From Eledone cirrhosa (taxonomy: Eukaryota): 64,000 bases of DNA. The notes below the pieces were generated by a model. The model made no database searches. It had not been told where the DNA came from and worked only from the letters and a program-made list of their open reading frames with translations. The position numbers and the translations under genes are program-made. The stretch is taken from assembly GCA_964016885.1 (NCBI GenBank), contig OZ024759.1, positions 3,286,001 to 3,350,000 on the forward strand, in the 5' to 3' direction. Shown here piece after piece: positions 55,301 to 64,000 of the stretch. How positions within the stretch are numbered: position 1 is the stretch's first letter; every line of letters starts with the position of its first letter.

Positions 55301-58300
55301 CCACATTTACAGTGTGGGGCTGGGAGGTTTTTACCGTGTTGCCTACACGGCCACATTACAGCGTGGGCTGTCTGGCGGGTTTTGTACGGCTGGATGCCCT
55401 TCCTAACACCAACCACATTTACAGTGTGGGCTGGGAGGTTTTTACCGTGATGCCTACACGGCCACATTACAGCGTGGACTGTCTGGCGGGTTTTCTACAG
55501 CTGGATGCCCTTCCTAACACCAACTACGCTTACAGTGTGGAACTGGGAGGTTTTTTCCGTGTTGCCTACACGGCCACATTATAGCGTGGACTGTCTGGCG
55601 GGTTTTCTACAGCTGGATGCCCTTCCTAACACCAACCACATTTACAGTGTGGACTGGGAGATTTGTACCGTGTTGCCTACACGGCCACATTACAGCGTGG
55701 ACTGTTTGGCGGGTTTTCTACGGCTGGATGCCCTTCCTAACACCAACCACATTTACAGTGTGGACTGGGAGGTTTTTACCGTGTTGCCTACACGGCCACA
55801 TTACAGCGTGGACTGTCTGGCGGGTTTTCTACGGCTGGATGCCCTTCCTAACACCAACCAGATTTAGTGTGGGGTTGCGAGGTTTTTACCGTGTTGCCTA
55901 CACGGCCACATTACAGCGTGGACTGTCTGGCAGGTTTTCTACGGCTGGATGCCTTTCCTAACATCAACCACATTTACAGTGTGGGGCTGGGAGGTTTTTA
56001 CCGTGTTGCCTACACGGCCACATTACAGCGTGGATTGTCTGGCGGGTTTTCTACAGCTGGATGCCCTTCCTAACACCAACCACATTTACAGTGTGGGGCT
56101 GGGAGGTTTTTACCGTGTTGCCTACACGACCACATTACAGCATGGACTGTCTGGCGGGTTTTCTACAGCTGGATGCTCTTCCTAACACCAACCACATTTA
56201 CAGTGTGGACTGGGAGGTTTTTACCTTGTTGCCTACACGGCCACATTACAGCGTGGACTGTCTGGCGGGTTTTCTACGGCTGGATGCCCTTCCTAACACC
56301 AACCACATTTACAGTGTGTACTGGGAGGTTTTTACCGTGTTGCCTACAAGGCCACATTACAGCGTGGACTGTCTGGCGGGTTTTCTACGGCTGGATGCCC
56401 TTCCTAACACCAACCACATTTACATTGTGGACTGGGAGATTTTTAGCGTGTTGCCTACACGGCCACATTACAGCGTGGACTGACTGGCGTGTTTTCTACA
56501 GCTGGATGCTCTTCCTAACACCAACCACATTTACAGTGTGGACTGGGAGATTTTTACCGTGTTGCCTACACGGCCACATTACAGCGTGGACTGTCTGGCG
56601 GGTTTTCTACGGCTGGATGCCCTTCCTAACACCAACCACATTTAGTGTGGGGTTGCGAGGTTTTTACCGTGTTGCCTACACGGCCACATTACAGCGTGTA
56701 CTGTCTGGCGGGTTTTCTACGGCTGGATGCCCTTCCTAACACCAACCACATTTACAGTGTGGGGCTGGGAGGTTTTTACCGTGTTGCCTACACGGCCACA
56801 TTACAGCGTGGACTGTCTGGCGGGTTTTCTACGGCTGGATGCCCTTCCTAACACCAACCACATTTACAGTGTGGGCTGGGAGGTTTTTACCGTGTTGCCT
56901 ACACGGCCACATTACAGCGTGGACTGTCTGGCGAGTTTTCTACAGCTGGATGCCCTTCCTAACACCAACTACGCTTACAGTGTGGAACTGGGAGGTTTTT
57001 TCCGTGTTGCCTACACGGCCACATTACAGCGTGGACTGTCTGGCGGGTTTTCTACGGCTGGATGCCCTTCCTAACACCAACCACATTTACAGTGTGGACT
57101 GGGAGATTTTTACCGTGTTGCCTACACGGCCACATTACAGCGTGGACTGTCTGGCGGGTTTTCTACGGCTGGATGCCCTTCCTAACACCAACCACATTTA
57201 CAGTGTGGGCTGGGAGGTTTTTACCGTGTTGCTTACACGCCCACATTACAGCGTGGATTGTCTGGCGGGTTTTCTACAGCTGGATGCCCTTCCTAACACC
57301 AACTACGCTTACAGTGTGGAACTGGGAGGTTTTTTCCGTGTTGCCTACACGGCCACATTACAGCGTGGACTGTCTGGCGGGTTTTCTACATCTGGATGCC
57401 CTTCCTAACACCAACTACGTTTACAGTGTGGAACTGGGAGGTTTTTACCGTGTTGCCTACACGGCCACATTACAGCGTGGACTGTCTGGCGGGTTTTCTA
57501 CGGCTGGATGCCCTTCCTAACACCAACCACATTTACAGTGTGGGCTGGGAGGTTTTTACCGTGTTGCTTACACGCCCACATTACAGCGTGGACTGTCTGG
57601 CGGGTTTTCTACAGCTGGATGCCCTTCCTAACACCAACTACGCTTACAGTGTGGAACTGGGAGGTTTTTTCCGTGTTGCCTACACGGCCACATTACAGCG
57701 TGGACTGTCTGGCGGGTTTTCTACAGCTGGATGCCCTTCCTAACACCAACCACATTTACAGTGTGGACTGGGAGATTTTTACCGTGTTGCCTACACGGCC
57801 ACATTACAGCGTGGACTGTCTGGCGGGTTTTCTACGGCTGGATGCCCTTCCTAACACCAACCACATTTACAGTGTGGACTGGGAGGTTTTTACCGTGTTG
57901 CCTACACGGCCACATTACAGCGTGGACTGTCTGGCGGGTTTTCTACGGCTGGATGCCCTTCCTAACACCAACCACATTTACAGTGTGGACTGGGAGGTTT
58001 TTACCGTGTTGCCTACAAGGCCACATTACAGCGTGGACTGTCTGGCGGGTTTTCTACGGCTGGATGCCCTTCCTAACACCAACCACATTTACAGTGTGGA
58101 CTGGGAGATTTTTACCGTGTTGCCTACACGGCCACATTACAGCGTGGACTGTCTGGCGGGTTTTCTACGGCTGGATGCCCTTCCTAACACCAACTACGTT
58201 TACAGTGTGGAACTGGGAGGTTTTTAGCGTGTTGCCTACACGGCCACATTACAGCGTGGACTGTCTGGCGGGTTTTCTACAGCTGGATGCCCTTCCTAAC

Positions 58301-60740
58301 ACCAACCACATTTACAGTGTGGACTGGGAGATTTTTACCGTGTTGCCTACACGGCCACATTACAGCGTGGACTGTCTGGCGGGTTTTCTACGGCTGGATG
58401 CCCTTCCTAACACCAACCACATTTACAGTGTGGACTGGGAGGTTTTTACCGTGTTGCCTACACGGCCACATTACAGCGTGGACTGTCTGGCGGGTTATCT
58501 ACGGCTGGATGCCCTTCCTAACACCAACCACATTTACAGTGTGGACTGGGAGGTTTTTACCGCGTTGCCTACACGGCCACATTACAGCGTGGACTGTCTG
58601 GCGGGTTTTCTACGGCTGGATGCCCTTCCTAACACCAACCACATTTACAGTGTGGGGCTGGGAGGTTTTTACCGTGTTGCCTACACGGCCACATTACAGC
58701 GTGGGCTGTCTGGCGGGTTTTGTACGGCTGGATGCCCTTCCTAACACCAACCACATTTACAGTGTGGGCTGGGAGGTTTTTACCGTGATGCCTACACGGC
58801 CACATTACAGCGTGGACTGTCTGGCGGGTTTTCTACAGCTGGATGCCCTTCCTAACACCAACTACGCTTACAGTGTGGAACTGGGAGGTTTTTTCCGTGT
58901 TGCCTACACGGCCACATTATAGCGTGGACTGTCTGGCGGGTTTTCTACAGCTGGATGCCCTTCCTAACACCAACCACATTTACAGTGTGGACTGGGAGAT
59001 TTGTACCGTGTTGCCTACACGGCCACATTACAGCGTGGACTGTTTGGCGGGTTTTCTACGGCTGGATGCCCTTCCTAACACCAACCACATTTACAGTGTG
59101 GACTGGGAGGTTTTTACCGTGTTGCCTACACGGCCACATTACAGCGTGGACTGTCTGGCGGGTTTTCTACGGCTGGATGCCCTTCCTAACACCAACCAGA
59201 TTTAGTGTGGGGTTGCGAGGTTTTTACCGTGTTGCCTACACGGCCACATTACAGCGTGGACTGTCTGGCAGGTTTTCTACGGCTGGATGCCTTTCCTAAC
59301 ATCAACCACATTTACAGTGTGGGGCTGGGAGGTTTTTACCGTGTTGCCTACACGGCCACATTACAGCGTGGATTGTCTGGCGGGTTTTCTACAGCTGGAT
59401 GCCCTTCCTAACACCAACCACATTTACAGTGTGGGGCTGGGAGGTTTTTACCGTGTTGCCTACACGACCACATTACAGCATGGACTGTCTGGCGGGTTTT
59501 CTACAGCTGGATGCTCTTCCTAACACCAACCACATTTACAGTGTGGACTGGGAGGTTTTTACCTTGTTGCCTACACGGCCACATTACAGCGTGGACTGTC
59601 TGGCGGGTTTTCTACGGCTGGATGCCCTTCCTAACACCAACCACATTTACAGTGTGTACTGGGAGGTTTTTACCGTGTTGCCTACAAGGCCACATTACAG
59701 CGTGGACTGTCTGGCGGGTTTTCTACGGCTGGATGCCCTTCCTAACACCAACCACATTTACATTGTGGACTGGGAGATTTTTAGCGTGTTGCCTACACGG
59801 CCACATTACAGCGTGGACTGACTGGCGTGTTTTCTACAGCTGGATGCTCTTCCTAACACCAACCACATTTACAGTGTGGACTGGGAGATTTTTACCGTGT
59901 TGCCTACACGGCCACATTACAGCGTGGACTGTCTGGCGGGTTTTCTACGGCTGGATGCCCTTCCTAACACCAACCACATTTAGTGTGGGGTTGCGAGGTT
60001 TTTACCGTGTTGCCTACACGGCCACATTACAGCGTGTACTGTCTGGCGGGTTTTCTACGGCTGGATGCCCTTCCTAACACCAACCACATTTACAGTGTGG
60101 GGCTGGGAGGTTTTTACCGTGTTGCCTACACGGCCACATTACAGCGTGGACTGTCTGGCGGGTTTTCTACGGCTGGATGCCCTTCCTAACACCAACCACA
60201 TTTACAGTGTGGGCTGGGAGGTTTTTACCGTGTTGCCTACACGGCCACATTACAGCGTGGACTGTCTGGCGAGTTTTCTACAGCTGGATGCCCTTCCTAA
60301 CACCAACTACGCTTACAGTGTGGAACTGGGAGGTTTTTTCCGTGTTGCCTACACGGCCACATTACAGCGTGGACTGTCTGGCGGGTTTTCTACGGCTGGA
60401 TGCCCTTCCTAACACCAACCACATTTACAGTGTGGACTGGGAGATTTTTACCGTGTTGCCTACACGGCCACATTACAGCGTGGACTGTCTGGCGGGTTTT
60501 CTACGGCTGGATGCCCTTCCTAACACCAACCACATTTACAGTGTGGGCTGGGAGGTTTTTACCGTGTTGCTTACACGCCCACATTACAGCGTGGATTGTC
60601 TGGCGGGTTTTCTACAGCTGGATGCCCTTCCTAACACCAACTACGCTTACAGTGTGGAACTGGGAGGTTTTTTCCGTGTTGCCTACACGGCCACATTACA
60701 GCGTGGACTGTCTGGCGGGTTTTCTACATCTGGATGCCCT
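54060..60740. repeat. Higher-order tandem duplication, 30-mer (3338 bp) x2
   Basis: The T of CTACATCTGG is at 57391/60729; ORF pairs 54170/57508, 54949/58287, 55505/58843, 55867/59205, 56173/59511 and 56839/60177 are all offset by 3338 with identical translations. Confidence 0.93.
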
Positions 60741-62399
60741 TCCTAACACCAACCACATTTACAGTGTGGACTGGGAGATTTTTACCGTGTTGCCTACACG
60801 GCCACATTACAGCGTGGACTGTCTGGCGGGTTTTCTACGGCTGGATGCCCTTCCTAACACCAACCACATTTACAGTGTGGGCTGGGAGGTTTTTACCGTG
60901 TTGCCTACACGGCCACATTACCACGTGGACTGTCTGGCGGGTTTTCTACGGCTGGATGCCCTTCCTAACACCAACCACATTTACAGTGTGGACTGGGAGG
61001 TTTTTACCGTGTTGCCTACAAGGCCACATTACAGCGTGGACTGTCTGGCGGGTTTTCTACGGCTGGATGCCCTTCCTAACACCAACCACATTTACAGTGT
61101 GGACTGGGAGATTTTTACCGTGTTGCCTACACGGCCACATTACAGCGTGGACTGTCTGGCGGGTTTTCTACGGCTGGATGCCCTTCCTAACACCAACTAC
61201 GTTTACAGTGTGGAACTGGGAGGTTTTTAGCGTGTTGCCTACACGGCCACATTACAGCGTGGACTGTCTGGCGGGTTTTCTACAGCTGGATGCCCTTCCT
61301 AACACCAACCACATTTACAGTGTGGACTGGGAGATTTTTACCGTGTTGCCTACACGGCCACATTACAGCGTGGACTGTCTGGCGGGTTTTCTACGGCTGG
61401 ATGCCCTTCCTAACACCAACCACATTTACACTGTGGACTGGGAGGTTTTTACCGTGTTGCCTACACGGCCACATTACAGCGTGGACTGTCTGGCGGATTT
61501 TCTACGGCTGGATGCCCTTCCTAACACCAACCACATTTACAGTGTGGACTGGGAGGTTTTTACCGTGTTGCCTACAAGGCCACATTACAGCGTGGACTGT
61601 CTGGCGGGTTTTCTACAGCTGGATGCCCTTCCTAACACCAACCACATTTACAGTGTGGACTGGGAGATTTTTACCGTGTTGCCTACACGGCCACATTACA
61701 GCGTGGACTGTCTGGCGGGTTTTCTACGGCTGGATGCCCTTCCTAACACCAACCACATTTACAGTGTGGACTGGGAGGTTTTTACCGTGTTGCCTACACG
61801 GCCACATTACAGCGTGGACTGTCTGGCGGGTTTTCTACGGCTGGATGCCCTTCCTAACACCAACCACATTTACAGTGTGGACTGGGAGGTTTTTACCGTG
61901 TTGCCTACAAGGCCACATTACAGCGTGGACTGTCTGGCGGGTTTTCTATGGCTGGATGCCCTTCCTAACACCAACCACATTTACAGTGTGGACTGGGAGA
62001 TTTTTACCGTGTTGCCTACACGGCCACATTACAGCGTGGACTGTCTGGCGGGTTTTCTACGGCTGGATGCCCTTCCTAACACCAACTACGTTTACAGTGT
62101 GGAACTGGGAGGTTTTTAGCGTGTTGCCTACACGGCCACATTACAGCGTGGACTGTCTGGCGGGTTTTCTACAGCTGGATGCCCTTCCTAACACCAACCA
62201 CATTTACAGTGTGGACTGGGAGATTTTTACCGTGTTGCCTACACGGCCACATTACAGCGTGGACTGTCTGGCGGGTTATCTACGGCTGGATGCCCTTCCT
62301 AACACCAACCACATTTACAGTGTGGGGATGGGAGGTTTTACCGTGTTGCCTACACAGCCACATTACAGCGTGGACTGTCTGGCGGGTTTTCTACAGCTG

Positions 62400-64000
62400 G
62401 ATGCCCTTCCTAACACCAACTACGCTTACAGTGTGGAACTGGGAGGTTTTTTCCGTGTTGCCTACACGGCCACATTACAGCGTGGACTGTCTGGCGGGTT
62501 TTCTACAGCTGGATGCCCTTCCTAACACCAACCACATTTACAGTGTGGACTGGGAGATTTTTACCGTGTTGCCTACACGGCCACATTACAGCGTGGACTG
62601 TCTGGCGGGTTTTCTACGGCTGGATGCCCTTCCTAACACCAACCACATTTACAGTGTGGACTGGGAGGTTTTTACCGTGTTGCCTACACGGCCACATTAC
62701 AGCGTGGACTGTCTGGCGGGTTTTCTACGGCTGGATGCCCTTCCTAACACCAACCACATTTACAGTGTGGACTGGGAGGTTTTTACCGTGTTGCCTACAA
62801 GGCCACATTACAGCGTGGACTGTCTGGCGGGTTTTCTACGGCTGGATGCCCTTCCTAACACCAACCACATTTACAGTGTGGACTGGGAGATTTTTACCGT
62901 GTTGCCTACACGGCCACATTACAGCGTGGACTGTCTGGCGGGTTTTCTACGGCTGGATGCCCTTCCTAACACCAACTACGTTTACAGTGTGGAACTGGGA
63001 GGTTTTTAGCGTGTTGCCTACACGGCCACATTACAGCGTGGACTGTCTGGCGGGTTTTCTACAGCTGGATGCCCTTCCTAACACCAACCACATTTACAGT
63101 GTGGACTGGGAGATTTTTACCGTGTTGCCTACACGGCCACATTACAGCGTGGACTGTCTGGCGGGTTTTCTACGGCTGGATGCCCTTCCTAACACCAACC
63201 ACATTTACAGTGTGGACTGGGAGGTTTTTACCGTGTTGCCTACACGGCCACATTACAGCGTGGACTGTCTGGCGGGTTATCTACGGCTGGATGCCCTTCC
63301 TAACACCAACCACATTTACAGTGTGGACTGGGAGGTTTTTACCGCGTTGCCTACACGGCCACATTACAGCGTGGACTGTCTGGCGGGTTTTCTACGGCTG
63401 GATGCCCTTCCTAACACCAACCACATTTACAGTGTGGGGCTGGGAGGTTTTTACCGTGTTGCCTACACGGCCACATTACAGCGTGGGCTGTCTGGCGGGT
63501 TTTGTACGGCTGGATGCCCTTCCTAACACCAACCACATTTACAGTGTGGGCTGGGAGGTTTTTACCGTGATGCCTACACGGCCACATTACAGCGTGGACT
63601 GTCTGGCGGGTTTTCTACAGCTGGATGCCCTTCCTAACACCAACCACATTTACAGTGTGGACTGGGAGATTTGTACCGTGTTGCCTACACGGCCACATTA
63701 CAGCGTGGACTGTTTGGCGGGTTTTCTACGGCTGGATGCCCTTCCTAACACCAACCACATTTACAGTGTGGACTGGGAGGTTTTTACCGTGTTGCCTACA
63801 CGGCCACATTACAGCGTGGACTGTCTGGCGGGTTTTCTACGGCTGGATGCCCTTCCTAACACCAACCAGATTTAGTGTGGGGTTGCGAGGTTTTTACCGT
63901 GTTGCCTACACGGCCACATTACAGCGTGGACTGTCTGGCAAGTTTTCTACGGCTGGATGCCTTTCCTAACATCAACCACATTTACAGTGTGGGGCTGGGA
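62400..64000. repeat. Third, partial copy of the 30-mer block (lacking one 112-bp monomer; truncated by the window edge)
   Basis: Shares ACCGTGATGCC, ATTTGTACC, ACTGTTTGG and AACCAGATTTAG with the 55-56 kb and 58.7-59.3 kb copies. ORF offsets are 57731/62513 = 4782, then 58955/63625 = 4670. Confidence 0.88.

Larger units (their letters stand above)
1..64000. repeat. Tandem satellite DNA array, 111-bp monomer (110-112 bp variants), about 575 head-to-tail copies, running off both window edges
   Basis: GCTGGATGCCCTTCCTAACACC recurs every 110-112 bp from base 1 to the end, always in the same orientation. ORF starts step by 111/112 bp (e.g. 6, 118). Most monomers differ from the consensus at only a few positions. 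Copy number is 64000 divided by about 111.2. Confidence 0.99.

Noticed and set aside
6-63969. Hundreds of plus-strand ORFs up to 632 aa with 37-aa repeats (LDALPNTNHIYSVDWEVFTVLPTRPHYSVDCLAGFL and MPFLTPTTFTVWTGRFLPCCLHGHITAWTVWRVFYGW)
   Set aside because: The monomer length is divisible by 3 and two frames lack stops, so long ORFs arise automatically. The 110/112-bp monomers shift frame every few units, stop-creating variants are freely propagated, two frames overlap equally, and there are no unique termini or recognisable domains.
1-64000. CRISPR array or other repeat-spacer/cassette system
   Set aside because: There are no unique spacers: the entire unit is repeated with only SNP-level variation, and no cas, recombinase or reverse transcriptase genes are present.

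Overview
The whole 64 kb window is one uninterrupted head-to-tail satellite DNA array of about 575 monomers. The consensus is 111 bp (variants of 110 and 112 bp, 53% GC): GCTGGATGCCCTTCCTAACACCAACCACATTTACAGTGTGGACTGGGAGG/ATTTTTACCGTGTTGCCTACACGGCCACATTACAGCGTGGACTGTCTGGCGGGTTTTCTACG/A. I saw no unique sequence, inversion, transposon insertion, RNA gene or credible protein-coding gene. The ORF track is an artefact: the monomer is 37 codons long and has two stop-free plus-strand frames. The structure of interest lies within the repeat. (i) The monomer is an old diverged dimer (49 + 62 bp). (ii) It carries three short dyads plus a G-U-dependent hairpin that forms only on the minus strand. (iii) About 70 bp of it resembles, from memory only, an invertebrate (octopus-like) SINE/RTE-associated body segment in reverse orientation. 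(iv) Rare diagnostic variants show nested, non-fixed higher-order duplications of 6 to about 116 monomers and a left-to-right turnover of monomer variants. (v) All five CpGs show deamination-type variants. This is most consistent with eukaryotic (probably animal) heterochromatic or centromeric-type satellite; neither the organism nor the function can be established from the sequence alone. I found no support for a novel multi-gene system.
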